Positions 46,115 through 59,700 of a stretch of 64,000 bases of DNA are shown here, piece by piece. The notes under the pieces are model-generated. The model did not search any database. It had not been told where the DNA came from and was given only the letters and a program-made list of their open reading frames with translations. Positions within the stretch are counted from its first letter, which is position 1. Each line of letters begins with the position of its first letter. The stretch lies in the NCBI GenBank assembly GCA_026936335.1, contig JAPMXV010000060.1, positions 1-64,000 of the forward strand. The letters run 5' to 3'. A program made the translations under genes and the position numbers. This stretch comes from Mantamonas sphyraenae STR306. Lineage: Eukaryota; Protista; CRuMs.

Positions 46115-48162
46115 CTACGACACAACGCGTCTGTACACTTCCAAATCGCCCACAAGAACATCTTCAAAGTGGACCCCGATGCGCTTGTGCTCCCAGCAAC
46201 CGCGGGAAGTCTCCCCCGTAAATACATACAGCTTGTTGTCCACAATCTGGACCCCCGGATTGGCGACGTCGAACGGTAGCCTTGCGTTGGCCCACCGGAA
46301 CCGCTCGGTCTTTGTGTCAAAGTACATGATCTCATTGCTGAGGACCAGACCCTGCCAGGTGGCCAGTTCTTGGGACTGTACCAACCCGTACGGATTTTGC
46401 AGTGAGCCGTCCACATCCTGCACGTATTTGCGTCTGTTCCCACCCGCAATGACAATGAAGCGGTCGTGCAGCACATTATCTGCCGCGCGGATGAGCATGT
46501 TGGCCGTGGGTAGATTGCGCATCCGCGTCCATTGCTGCGATTGCAGATCGAGCTTCCAGTTGTCCACCGTAGCCGCCAGCGCCGTCTCTGGAACAAAGCG
46601 TGGCTCCATGGCTGCACCTGTCATGCCTCCAAGCACATAGAGGTGGTTGTGGATGATGGCCACGCTCGCACCGAAGCGAGGGGTGCCGGGGCATCGTGGT
46701 CCCTGTCGCCATGAGTCGTCTGCAATCGAGTACACCCACAGGCGAGAGCCAAAGTGGTGCATGCGCTGGTTCCGATCTGTCCACGTGTGGAAGGTTTCCT
46801 TGTCGTAGTCACAGCCCCCGAATGCGTAGATGTGCCCCTTGTGCGTGGTGGCCGTGGGCCCGCCCAGAGGCACGGGCAGTTTCGCCATCTGCTTCCACTT
46901 GGCGCTGCCCACGTTTAATCGCTTGTTTTCGAACCCAGGTGGCAGGCGCAGTCGGTACATCTCACGGTACGCGTACGGCGCGGCCTTGTACTTCGGCAGT
47001 GGCTTCCCACTTGCTGCTGCACTCGTGTCGGCCGGTTTGTAGCTGACTCCTCCCAGGCAGTACACATCGTGGCCTGTGGACGTGCAGGCGATCATTTGAC
47101 GTGGTGTCCCGGGCAACCCGGCTAGGTTCATCCACCCGAATTCCGGATGACGCGTGTTCAACACCAGCGTCTCGCTCTTGAACCCACGAGGCTCACAGTT
47201 GTAGCACATGGTGGTGTAGTAGTTGATGCTGCCACACCCTCCGCAGAAGCCCCCCGTCGCAAAGAGCAGCGGACCGACGTGTGTAAAGCCAGGATCCTGG
47301 AACCCTTGCAGGAAGGAGGGACCTCGGCGGATGTTGCGCACGTCCATCCAAAGGTCGTTGCGCATGTGTACATGAGGTGGAACGGGGCCATCGAAGCTGT
47401 GGATGTCCTGACGCACGAGCACAGGCACGGTGCTCTCTGTGTGCACGTCCGGCTCGGCCAACACTGTCAGTTTGGCCTTCAAATGCGCCTTGATCTCGTG
47501 CACAGAATACAGATCATCGATTACCGGACTTTGCAGTTGGGTGTGAGCTCTCGGTGTTGTGACAGCGGCGGGCCGCGCGCGAAACATGCACACGACCCAC
47601 CCTCGGCGCATGAATACATTCGTGTTGGCTTCACTTACAACAGGATCAGGTGGCGAAGGAAAAATTGGAGCTGGGTCAGGGTGGCATGGGGCACCACGAT
47701 TCGAGAGGACAGCGGGATGCGCTGCGGAAACTCAGGGTCAAGGTAGAACCCGAGGCCACGGCCGCCCACACGCAGATCCAGCGCAAACAAGAGCTTGTGG
47801 CCATCTTTCTCCGTTTCGCTGTCCACGCATGACCTCGCCCCAAACTTGGTAACACAAAGCTGGCCAGCATCGAGAAACAGGGGCGTGTCCGGGTCGTGGA
47901 AGCGCAGTGTCTTTTGTGGGCTGTACAACCGCCATTGTGTTTTTTCCGCATGCTGTGACGCCCAACGCGTGCGCAACACCCTGGTGTGGTTGAAACGAAC
48001 CACAGTGCCGCTTTCCAACTGCCTTACTTCAACGAGGACCTGCTCACGCTTGCCGGTGTCGCGAGCACGAAACAGAACGCTGCTCACCAGCATCACATAC
48101 AGCGCGGCAAACGCCAACGTCATGTACAAAAGTGGCCTGAGGTACAATTTGAGCTTGCTCAT
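46115..48162 (-). CDS. Type II membrane/secreted kelch beta-propeller protein
   Basis: N-terminal TM exon; intron TT|GTAAGT...AAAG|T (~47529-47638) joins in frame to the kelch ORF (TGGFC, CLGGVSY, AFGGCDYD, VLGGMTG). Confidence 0.75.
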
Positions 48163-48216
48163 GACGTTCTGTGGTAGTTGCCCTGGCCAATGCAGCGCGA
48201 CTGTTCAGAAGGCCCC

Positions 48217-49028
48217 ATGCGCCACTTGCGACTGCTGCTACTTCTGCTGCTGTTCTTGGCACGTATCTGCGTCGCCTCAAACTCCTCTGGGCCCGGGTCC
48301 CTCGAGGACACGTCGTGGTTGCAGGCCGACGGGACCGTGTCGCCTGTGCTCGATTCGCAGCTCGAACCTGTTCTGCAGAGCACCAAGAACGACCTGGAGG
48401 CCTTGTTGCTGGTGAGTGTTCATTCCAACTGCGAGTGCGTGTTTGCTCGTGTTGGCTCCCTCACACTGCCCACCCCAAACAACTCCCATCCCACAGTTTC
48501 ACGCCCAATGGTGCGGATTCTCCCGCGAGTTTGGCCCGGAGTACGCCGCCGTGGCACGCGCCTTCCCCACCTTGCCTCTGCTAAGCCTTGACGCATCGGC
48601 TTACCCAAGGTACGTACCTTCCGTCGCACTATTTGTGTGCTGTGTGCCCTGGCTTCCGGTGGCTGACCCACACTCACCCTGCTCCCCTCCTTTGGCGGCC
48701 CGCACAAAGCCTCAACCGTCAGTTTGGCGTCAAGTCATTCCCGAAGCTGTTTCTTCTCCGCGGCGTGCGCGGTGAGAAACCCACCCATGTGTTGTACAAA
48801 GGCGAGCGTACGTTGGCGGCTGTGAGCAACTGGGTCGAGAACCAACTCGGCCTGCAACCACGCAAGGGGGTCGTTGTCCGCCGTGTGAACGCTCAGCACT
48901 ATCCTCGCGAACAGGACACCCGTCTCTATCTCTACCTTGCCACTGCTTACGTCGTCCTCGTCCTTCTCTACGCCGCATACGCCCTCCTCCGCGGTAAACC
49001 TGACCCATCGAAAACAAAAGCCGAGTGA
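48217..49028 (+). CDS. Thioredoxin-like protein with signal peptide and C-terminal TM (TXNDC15/APRL-like)
   Basis: Signal peptide; FHAQWCGFS single-Cys site; AFPTL..LDAS and FGVKSFPKL; TM helix; KTKAE tail; two introns. Confidence 0.75.
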
Positions 49029-49309
49029 TTCTCTCTCCAACGCTTTCCTGCAGCTGGTCCTTGCAAGATTCGATGCGTCCTGTCCATCTCTCTTTCTTTG
49101 TGCGTGCTGTGGTTCCCTCGTGGAGTGTGAGTCCACACGGTGCATGCTGCCCGGGTCTCGAGAACAACCGGGCCGCGCACGCGCCGCCTGATCCAGCCGA
49201 TGAGGATTGTAAAACCTGTGTGGGTAGACCACGAAGGCAAGTCCCCACCCTTTGATACTCCAGTGCCTCGCTAAACCCCGCCCACATCCTCCGTCATCTC
49301 TTCTTGTCT

Positions 49310-52300
49310 ATGGTGGTCGTTTGTCTGTCCTCACACCTGCGTTTCTCCGCTCAAAACACAGGCGCCCCGATCAACTCCGTTGATGTCAGCGCTGATGGCC
49401 AGCGTTTTGCCACCGCTGGAGAAGGTAACCCTTTCGCCTCACCTCCACGTCCCAGCGCCTGCCACCCATCACCCATGCTCACCCGTTCCTGATGCGCCCT
49501 GCAATCCCGCATCTGTCTGTCTGCGTGTTGCTCCCCGTCACACACTCGCTGCCAACTCCTTGCAGACAGCAAGGTGCGCATTTGGTCCTTTCCAACGCTT
49601 CTTGATCAGCAGCTCGAGCTCGACGCAAAGTCCCCCAAGCTCCTCTGCACTCTCTCCGACCATTCGCTTGCCGTCAACTGGTACGTCTCACATCCTCCTG
49701 CTTCATTGTCACTCCCCATTTCACCCTTCCCTCCGGCTGTGGAGCCTCGCGAAAAACGACGTCTGCTTGATCAATCGCACGCCTTTCGCCGCCCACCTTG
49801 CCGCCCCGCGCTCCCACCCATTCCCGATCTCCCCCCGTGTGTCGATACCCACTCACGCCCGCCCCACACGTCCTGCAGTGTCCGTTGGCGTCCCGGAGAT
49901 GGTACCATGATTGCCTCTGGTGGCGGTGACAAGCTCCTCATCCTCTTCCGCTTCCACAAGTACGTCCCGCCTCCCAGCCTCTTGCCTTGTCCTTGCCCTC
50001 CCACACCCTGCCCGTTTTTTCCCTCTCCTGCGCTTTTTTCAGCGCAAAGACACTTTTCAACTCCCGGCCCCCTTCGTGCACCGGCCTCTAGCTCCTTTTT
50101 CTCCACCCTTCCGGGATGCTTCCCTCCCCCACCCCGGTCATGATGTGTTTTGTGCATCCCCACTGCACGTGCGCCTTCCTACTTGTGCCCAACCCCATTG
50201 CCCCGGTGTCGTCTGTGGTCGCTTCGTTTTTTGACACACTCCTTTCGCGTCCCTTTGCGTGCTCACCTCTGCTCTCCCCCACTCCCGGTCCGCAGAGACG
50301 AGCCAATCACCCAGGAGTTTGGTGCTACCACAACCGATGTCGAGATGTGGAAGTCTGCAAAAGTGTTTCGCGGCCACGCTGCGGACATCCTCGACATTGC
50401 TTGGAGTCCGGACGGCTCCTTTCTCGCCACAGGCTCTGTCGACAACAAGATCCGAGTGTGGACCATTACTGGGCGTACGTGCCATTTCACCTCTCCTCCT
50501 CGCCTCTACCCGCCTCCGGTGACCCCGCTCACGCCTCTCCCGCACACTCATTCCTCCACCCAGAATGCAAGGTCGAACTCAAAGCACACTCGGGCCTCGT
50601 CAAGGGACTGGCCTGGGACCCACGCAACGAGTTCCTCGCCAGCCAGAGCGAGGACAAAACCATGCGCTTGTGGAAGACCGGCACCTGGAAACTCCACGAA
50701 ACCATCACAGATCCGTTCAAGCAGCAATCCCAGCAGACTTTTTTCAAGCGTCTCACCTGGTCCCCCACAGGTGGTTTCATCGCCACCACACACGCTGTCC
50801 AGGGCAACAAGCAGGTCGCCGCAATCCTAGACCGCAAGAAGCGCTCCGAGATCGTCGTCGACTTTGTCGGCCACAAGGCACCCGTCGTTGCTTGCCACTT
50901 TTCTCCAAAGGTCTTTGACGGCACTACCAACAGTCGCTTCAACCTGAAGCCGGCCTTTGACGGCCAGATCATTCCGCTGGAATACTGTTGCGTCGGCTCC
51001 ATGGACCGCGGCATCAGCGTCTGGGCCACAGGCGTCAACGAACCCGTTTCTGTCATCACCGACCTCTTTGATTCGGGCGTCACAGACATTTCCTGCTCTC
51101 CCGACGGCTTCACCTTTCTCATCAGCTCGTCCGACGGCACCCTTGCCGTCGTCGACTTTCTGCGCAAGGAACTCGGTGAGCCCATGAGCCAGGAGCAGAC
51201 CCAGCAGGTGCTGGACTCCCTCTACAACAATGCCATGATGGTGGGCGGCAAGAACCTCAACGACCTAACCGAGAACGTGCGTCCTCTCGTCGCAAACACC
51301 TCCTCCATGGGCGCATGGTCCGTCAACAACGACGACAGCTATCCCTTTTCACACACCGCCTCTCCCAACGGCAAGCGCAGGCGACAGACAACCGTCACCG
51401 ACCTGCTCACTCCCGACCGCACAAACAGCCCCTCCAAGCGAGCACGCAACGCCGCCTCGTCCTCGTCCTCGTCCTCATCCTCCTCCTCCTCTGCAAGCAA
51501 CGTCTCCTCCTCCATGCCTCACGGCGACCAAGACGACTACGCCTCTGGCATCCACGCAGCAGGGCCTGTACAGACTGCTCTCGCGCTCGCCCTGCCCCGC
51601 AACATCGGCCGCTTCGCCCTCGATCTCGGCCCCCTGGACGCAGGTGCAACCGGCGATGCCATGGAAACAGAGACAGCGTCCTCTTCATCCTCCTCTGCAG
51701 CCGCAGCCTCGCCCAGCTACAAGCTGTATGTGGACGTGCGCAAGAACCCGTTTGAACATGGCGGCAGCATCTCAACCGTGCGTATGACCGTGCACAACGG
51801 CTCCACCGATCTGTGGACAGACGCACTCTGTGCAACTGCCTCCGCCGTGGCTGCAGACGCGCACTACGTCGCCGTGGGCTGCACCGACGGCTCCTTGTAT
51901 CTATTCCATCGCACCGGAGGACGACTTGCTCCGTGCATGTCTCTGGCCGGCCCCGTGTATTCACTTGCCCTGGACGACAAGCACAGACTCATGGCAGTCA
52001 CCTGCGATGGCACCGTCGCCCTGTGGGATCTCCGGTCTCTGCAGAGCAGCTTTGTTCACTCTTTCCGCGGCCTCATCCGTCCCAGCCGCCAACGACTTGT
52101 GCACAGCTTTGTTAGCGTGCATGGCCTGCCCGTGCTCTGTTTCAACGACGGCGAGGTGCACACGTTTGCCGCACGCATGCAATGCTGGACACGCATTGCT
52201 GGCTATTCACACCATCTCGCCAGCCAACGCAACGCTGAGAGCATGCAAGCTGCATACAAACATAGAGGAGGCGACCTCGCACGCGTGCACCGCAACGCAG

Positions 52301-52737
52301 TCACAAACCAAAATCTCAAGCGCGCTGTGGGACGTGCCCTCGCTGCGGCCTCGACCCAGGACAAGATCGACGCCACACTCAACTTTCTCGCCGAGCAGCT
52401 CACCGCTGCCGAAGCTCTCTCCAACGCAGATGACTACCGCCTCGCTTTGGAGCACTTTGTCGCCTATGCACTGGAGAACACTTCGGGTGGCCAATTGCGT
52501 GCAATCCTCAACCAGCTCATGCGTACTCTCATCGGCCCAGAACTGTACGCCGACGCAGACCTCGCCGAAATGCGCAAGGAAGGCGTCGACATCGTTTCAA
52601 AGACTGGCTGGCAGCCAACGGTTGTTGGATGCAACAAGCGCGATCTTTTCCGCGAGATTGTGCTGGATCTGCTCGACGCTTCTGCAAAGGTGCCCAAAGA
52701 GATCCAGCAGCGGCTTCAGCGAGCTCTTGCACAATGA
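49310..52737 (+). CDS. HIRA: HIRA histone chaperone (WD40), multi-exon
   Basis: INSVDVSADGQRFATAG, PKLLCTLSDH, GHAADILDIAWSPD, VKGLAWDP, FFKRLTWSPTG and DFVGH; C-terminal Hira domain with W..TVVG..KRDL. Confidence 0.92.
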
Positions 52738-52797
52738 AGCGATTGCATTGGCGTTGAAATGAACGCTCACACAGTCAATTGCATTCCCTGGTCTCCC

Positions 52798-55261
52798 TCA
52801 TCGCGTCAAGTGTCGGAAGAGGTCCTTCTTGGTGATGCAGCCTACCAGTTTGCCGTCGCGCGTGACATACAAACTGCGCAGGTTCATCTGCACAAACATG
52901 CGGTGTACCTGCTCCATGGCCGTCAGCTCTCCCACTGTGAATTGCACAGGGCGCACCACCAGCGTGGGGGTGAACTTGACCACGTGGATGCTGCTGCCTT
53001 CACTGTTGCCCTCGCGTAGCCCGTCGTCCCTTCCACCCACCAACGCCGCCCCTGCGCCTCCAGGCAGCTCCAATTGGGGCAACTGCGGCAATTCAAAGTC
53101 CACTGTGGCACTGAAGCATGGATCCAGTTCCCTGTCGCTGTACGTGGCATTGTTCACCACCGACAAACTTCGCTGCCGTTGCTTGCTGTCCTTCAGCATC
53201 TTTGTTGGCGACACCCATTCCACCATTTCTTCTTCTTGGCTTCCGTCGCCACCGCCTGCGTTTGTGTGTTGGATGGCCTCTTCATCGCCAACCGTGCCCA
53301 GCGCGTCTTTGCCCCCCACCGCCATATGTGCAACCTTGTCACTCTCCAGCTCCTCAAATTCCTCCACGGCTGTTTCGCACACGCTGCGTGTCACCTGTCC
53401 AACCAAGTGGCCGTCTTGCAGCACGGGAAACGTCAGGTACGGGTGTTGCAGCAGTGTGTGCACCAGATCTTCGTACGTGGTGCGTCCCACATCCAGGCTC
53501 ACCAGTTCCGTGCGCATCACGTCGCATGCAACCGTGTCGTACGAGCGCACACTGCGGATGGGTGGCATCATCGGAAGACCCTTGATTTTCACCAGCACGT
53601 CGTAAATGCTCAGCGTAAACAAGTTTCCCATCATGTTTCCCATCAACACGGCAATGAGCACCGGTAGCAGGTGTTCTAGCTGCCCCGTGAGCTCAAACAC
53701 AATCACGGCTGTGGAAATGGTGCGTGTGGTACCGCTGGCAAATGCTGCCGCTCCCACGACGGCGTACCCGCCTGCAATGATGCCATTTTGGGGCACAATG
53801 GCTGCCACCACCTCGCCCACGAACCGACCCATGATGGCGCCCAGCGCAAATACGGGCGTGTACAAGCCACACGGAATCGGCAGCGTAATGGCCATGATGG
53901 TCAGCAGCCACTTGCTGACAAAGAGCAGCAAGAGGATGGCCAGGAGGCCTACCACGTGCATGTCGCCCAGGGGACGGACGGAGAACAGCACGTTGATGAC
54001 ACTCTGTTGGTCGAGACGCAGCTGCACAAAAGGATAGGACACAAGGGCGGTCAGAACTGCCACAGACACAACCTGCGTGAAGCGCGTTCGAAACAGCCAC
54101 CAATGTGCGTGCGACGTCTTGAACTTTTGGTACTGGATGAGCGAGTAGATGTACAATGCGCCCAACAGGCCACCCAGGATGCCCACCAGGGCAAACACCA
54201 GCAGCTCGCCCATGTCAAACGGCAGATCCGAAAAGTCGGTGCTGAACAGGTTGTCGAAAGAGGCCGAGTTGAGGCAGTAAACCATCGTTGCCGCACACAC
54301 GGACGTGAAAAAGCCTCGCCACAGGTGCGACACGGGATAGTACGTCGCCGTGACCTCGATGGAGAATAGCACACCGCCTACAGGCGCACCAAACGTTGCC
54401 GCCACTCCCACGGCACTACCAGCAGCAAGCATCTGCAACCGCAGCGCCTCGTTATTGGCCAACTTGCGGAACAATTTCATGCGCAGCAGCTGGTTGGCCA
54501 CAATGGAGCAGATGTGCACAAAGGGACCCTCCTTGCCAATCTGCAATCCTCCGGCGTACGCGGTGACCAAGCCAAGCGTCTTTGCGACAAACGCTCGCGG
54601 GGTCAGGTACTTGGGCATGCTGACGCCACTCAAAATGGTTTTCATCTCCGGGATGCCCGATCCCACGGCGTACGGAGAGATCCAACGCGTCAGCGAGACG
54701 CTGAGAGTGGAGAAGGCGACACAGAACAGCGTCCACAGCAGGTAGTTCACAACAAAGTAAGGCGTAGAGCTGACCCAATTGCGTGCCGCAAACAAACCAA
54801 ACACACTCAGATTGATAAGAGTGACACAGGTGGCCGACAGCACGCCCAGCAGTGCCAGGTAGGCCCAGCTGTGGTCCGTCGCAACCCGCGACACCCTGTG
54901 CATGACCCGTTCCAGCAGCGATGCATTGTTCACCAGCCGATGTTCGTCGTCGTGCAACAGTGCCGCATCCAAATTGTGGTAAAAGTCGTCTCCCTCGTTG
55001 CTGCCCTCCCGTGCCTGCAGAAATTCCGCCCCGAGGTCCTCCTCAAACAACAGCTCATGGTGCTCGTCGCCCAGGTCATCCGTTAGAGTGCGCCTGCGCT
55101 GCATCGCCTGCTTACGTGTCCCGCCAGACTGGGTGGTTCCCATTGGGCGCTGCACGGGTGGAGAGTGATGATGAGGTTGGCGGGTCCTGCGCCGCCCCCA
55201 ACCAATTCGCCATCCATGAGCAACGTCTCACATCCGCTGGCTCCTTCTCCTGGCCAGCCAT
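52798..55261 (-). CDS. CLC chloride channel with two CBS domains
   Basis: GSGIPE, GKEGP, GGVLFSIEV, GLYTP and SIYD motifs; CBS pair. The 5' end is uncertain (ATG 55261 with an intron, or ATG 55143). Confidence 0.93.
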
Positions 55262-55311
55262 CCTCCAATTCCGAGTCGTTGTCTTCTCCCAGCACTCGCT
55301 CCAAAGATTCC

Positions 55312-56711
55312 ATGCAGGGTATGTGAGCAGCCCCGTGTTCCCACGTCGTGGCCCTCCCTTCACAACCCCCCCGAACCCAACTTCACGCCTCCTTCCTCGA
55401 TGGCTCCCGACTCACTCCTTCTTTGCTCCCATCCCAACCATCCTCTTTACCATGCAAACGCCCTCTCCGCCTCTGTTCCGCCCCGTCGCCCTCGCCGCAG
55501 CCGATCAAGACACCATCAAACTCTTGGCGTACGAGTTCCTCTCGGAAACGGGCGGCACGCCTCCACGCACGCGCGAGGTATGCACCAGCGAGGATGTGCC
55601 AGTGTCTCTCGAAGGTTTGCGTCTGCTCATGGACGATGGCTCCTTCAACGACATCATTAGTGTCTCCTCTGCCCTGCTGGAGAAAAAGAAGGCCCAGGGC
55701 GACCCCGTCATGCGCCTCTCCATCACCCTGTTTCGCGTGATTGCCATGCGCCAAACACGTCGCTACGCTCAACTGGTCCATGAGCTGGAGACCCTGGAAT
55801 CCTTCGATTCTGCCGCCTACCAGTTTGAAACGTATCCAGAACTCTACCCGGACAAAACGGGCAATTTTATGCCCTTCTCCCTGCGCGTGCATCGTGCCGA
55901 GCTACCTTACTTCCAGGGAAACACCTCGGCCGCCCTCGACAATCTCTATGCCTTGCGTGCCTTTTGTACAGAGCAGCTTCACGCGCTGCAGGACTCGCAC
56001 ACCACGAACGACAACGAGCAAACCGACTCGGGATCGTTTGACAAGCTTTTTGGCAACGATGGGCCCTCTGCCCTCGGCGGTGACCTTGCCGAGCATGCGG
56101 CTGGTCGACTGGACAGCGCAAAGGTCAGCCTGTGGCGCTCTCGCCACTCGCAGCTCCTTATGATGATTGTCAACTACCACCTTATGGACAAGGACATCAG
56201 CAGCGCCCTCAAGGTGTTGTCCACCGAACTGGAACAGTATCCAGACGATGTTCTCATCCTCTCCTGTATCGGGCGTATTTACCTTCAGTTTGGCGATGTC
56301 GAGAGTGCCGAGCAGTTTCTCCAATTGGCACACGACAACATCACCGAGAGCAAACGCACCTCGAGTGCCCTTGTGCAAATCAACGCCGGGTACCTCGCGC
56401 TTGCGCGTGGCAACTACGCAGACGCCATCGAGCGCTTCTCCGCCATCAGCACCGCCAACAAGGCTGTCAACAACATCGCCACAAACAACCTTGCCGTCGC
56501 CTACCTCTACTCCAAGAACTTGTCCAAGTCCCTCGAGGTGCTCGAGGAGAGCATCCGCCGCGACCCGTACACTCACCTCACACAGGCAACCTACGCAAAC
56601 CTCTCCACCCTCTACGATCTCTCCAGCGAGTCTGCAGCGCGCCGCAAGCAGCTCGTCATGGCTGTGGCCAAACACTACGGTCTGCCTCTTGGTCAGGCAG
56701 GCTCGCTGTGA
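55312..56711 (+). CDS. TRAPPC12: TRAPP complex subunit 12 (TPR)
   Basis: FETYPELYPDKTGNFMPFSLRVHRAELP, TPR repeats and NLSTLYDLSS. Start inferred from ATG CAG G|GTATGT with acceptor at 55500; alternative ATG 55452. Confidence 0.85.
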
Positions 56712-56799
56712 TTGACGTGGTCTTCTTCGTGCAAATCCATTCTTCATTCGTCCTCTCCACAATCTCCTCCCTCCCGACATTGTCTTGACTGTCTCTTCA

Positions 56800-59700
56800 T
56801 CAGTTGTTGACAGCCTGGCGGAAGCCTGTGCTCACCAGAGTGGGGCCGATGGCCGAGGCGGCAGCAGCAAGCGCGCTCAGCAGGGCGCTGATGATAACCT
56901 TCCACCTGTTGCGCTTGGCAAAGTCCCAGCCCAGACGGTGCAGTTCCCACGGAGCAATGGAGTTGGGGCGATGCGGCTCGTCCAGGTGCGGGTTGTCGTT
57001 GGGCTCGCCGCGGCCGAGACCTGCCGGGCGTGCCTCTGCGTCCGCCTCTGTCAGCAGCTCAAGGCTGAAGTACATCGACGCCTGCTTGCCCTCAAAGTTG
57101 GGATGCGTCAGATCGACCCACTCGTTGTTTCCGTTGAACAGAGCACGCGTCTTGTGCTCCTTCAGCGTCTTCTTGAAGAAACCCTTCAGGGCCAGGTTGC
57201 ACTCGCCAATGGCGTCGTTCGGGGTCAGGATGTCCTGGTCCCACACCTGCAGCTTGAGACGCGACTTTTGCAAATCGGTGGGCAGCTGCACGGGGAAGAT
57301 GACGCGCCAGTTGAACTCGCCTGTGCCGTCCGTGCTCGTCCAGTGGATGTCGGTAAACTGCATGTTGTGTCCGTCCAGCATGGCGCTGCACTTCAAATCG
57401 TTGCCACGGTCGTCCTTGAACACACAATCCTTCACCTTCCAGATGATACCACGCAACTCAAAGTTCTCAGGCGGCGGCGGCGAAATGTCCAGCGCCGGGA
57501 TGCCTGCCGCCTGCTCGGGCGTGTAGATTTCCAGCCACATGGCCAGCTTGCCCTGCGGGAACGAAGAGGCAGGATGCCACAGCGAGCGGAACTCGGTCGG
57601 TTTGTCCGTCATCTCGCCCCACTCGTCGGAGAAGTAGCGATTTTCCAGATCGATGACCGTGCTGCCGATCAGCTCGTCTGCCAGGTAGTCGGCGTCGTAG
57701 ATGTCAATGTGCAATTCCGAATTGCCCGGCAGCGTTGCGTCCAGCTCGTAGCATTTGAAAAACTCGGGCCGCAGCGTCTCCTTGCACATGTTGTCGCGGT
57801 CGTTGATTTTGTTGCGTTCGCCCGTGCCGTTCCACATGGTCACGTAGGGGTCAGCCTTGCCGTTCGAGTCCATGGGCACAATCTGCGACGCGTACAGGAC
57901 GTACACGCGTACGATGTAGTCCATGGGTTCGTACAGCTCCTGCAGGTCGATGGGCTCTTCGCGCGACGCCTCCGCTGCCTCCAACACGCGGAACTGGCCT
58001 TTGAACTTGCCCACCACGCGCAGCGACGAAAACCACGAGCCAGCCTTGCCTCGATAGATGGGATACTCGTCAAAGGGCAGCTTGGTGAACATGTGTTCCA
58101 GTTCGTGCGGCGTGGAAATGCGGTCCAGAATGGACTTTTCCTCCTCCAGGTCTTCCTCGCCTGCCAGCACGACGTCCGGTGTCTCCTCCAGCGTGCGCAC
58201 ACCAATGCCGGCCTCCTCGGGCGACACAAACTCAAACATCTCCGAAACCTCCTGATTGCACTCGTCGACGTCGGTGGGAATCTCGTCCGACTTTTCCTTG
58301 GTCGACACCGTCATCTGGTTGCTCATGTCAGCCAGCTCGCCCGCGTCGTCCTGGCCTCCGGGGATCTCGTCGACCACGGGTGGCAGGTTGTTCATGGGAA
58401 TTTCCATGTTGGTCCAGGGCATGAAGGGCCCAATGGGGATGGAGGCCGAGCCCACCTCGCACGCAATGCCCAGGCGACGGTCGTACACGCGCATGTTGAT
58501 GGTGGGTGCGTACAGTGGGTTCAGAGGCAGGTCGATGTTCATGCGCAGCACCTCCAGATGGTTAGGGTTCTTGCCGCTGGGCTCGTGGCACGGCTGCGTA
58601 CGCAGAACGTTTTCGTCCGAGCTGCGGTCGCCACAGTCAAATTCAATCCAGGGGTCGGACACGTCCATAAAGAGATAGGGCAGCATGTTACGCAAGCCGA
58701 CGGCCGAGATCTCAAACACGCAGGGCTTGGTCTGAGGGACGATGGATTGCGGGCAAGGGTATTTGGCCACATCCTCCTCGGCAATGAGCTGGAAGCTGGC
58801 CAGAATGGCACCTTGGGTCTGGTCGGGGTTGTCCTTGTACATGTCGTACCACTTGGGCGTGTTTTGGAACTTGCAGGGTGCCTTGCGACAGGGGATCTCA
58901 AAGCGTCCCAGGAACTCGTCGCTGCCAAAGGTGTCGTAATCGTACACGGAGATCATGATGTCCGGAGCAAGCTCGAGGTTGGTGGGCAGCTCCACTTCCA
59001 GCTCGATGGTCTGATACCACTGCGGGAACAGGGTCTTCATCTTGGTCTCGGTTTGCTTGTAAAAGTGACCGCACTGCACGATGGCGTACGGGTCCGACAC
59101 GCCTGTGGAGTCGGCCACGGGCAAGTGCTTGCCCTGGTAGAGGTGACCACGCAGCAAGTACTTGCGCAGCACGGGCTTCTTGATGGCAGCACGAGGCACC
59201 TTGCAGTCGCGCTCGCGGCCAAAGTTGAGGGCGCACAGGAGGAAGCCTGGGATGCGGTCGGGGTTGTATGCGGCCGAGAGACGGTCTGCCTCGAGCACCT
59301 TCCACTCAGGCTTGTGCTTGAAGCCACGGATGCTCTCGTAGTCGTACTTGAGGTAGCCGATGCGCTCTTCGCCGCCGAGTGCGCCCACGCGGAACACGTT
59401 GACAAAGATGAGCGGGATGGAGTCGTTGTTTTCGGGCAGCTCAAAAACAGCCTCGTCAAACTGCTCGTACCAGTGGACAAAGCCCTTCTTGGATGACTGC
59501 TTGGTGGAGCGGAAGCGGTTGGGGCCGCACACCACCTCGACAATGTACGAGGCCAGCATGCCTGTGGGCAGCTCGGCAGCCTCGTAAAGCTCGAAGCGCA
59601 TGAGAAAGGTGTCTGTGGGCGGCTCGGCGCATGGGGAAAGGGCCTTGAGACCCTGCTGCGGGTCGTCGTCCTGGATGGCTTCCATGCCGAGCAGGACGCG

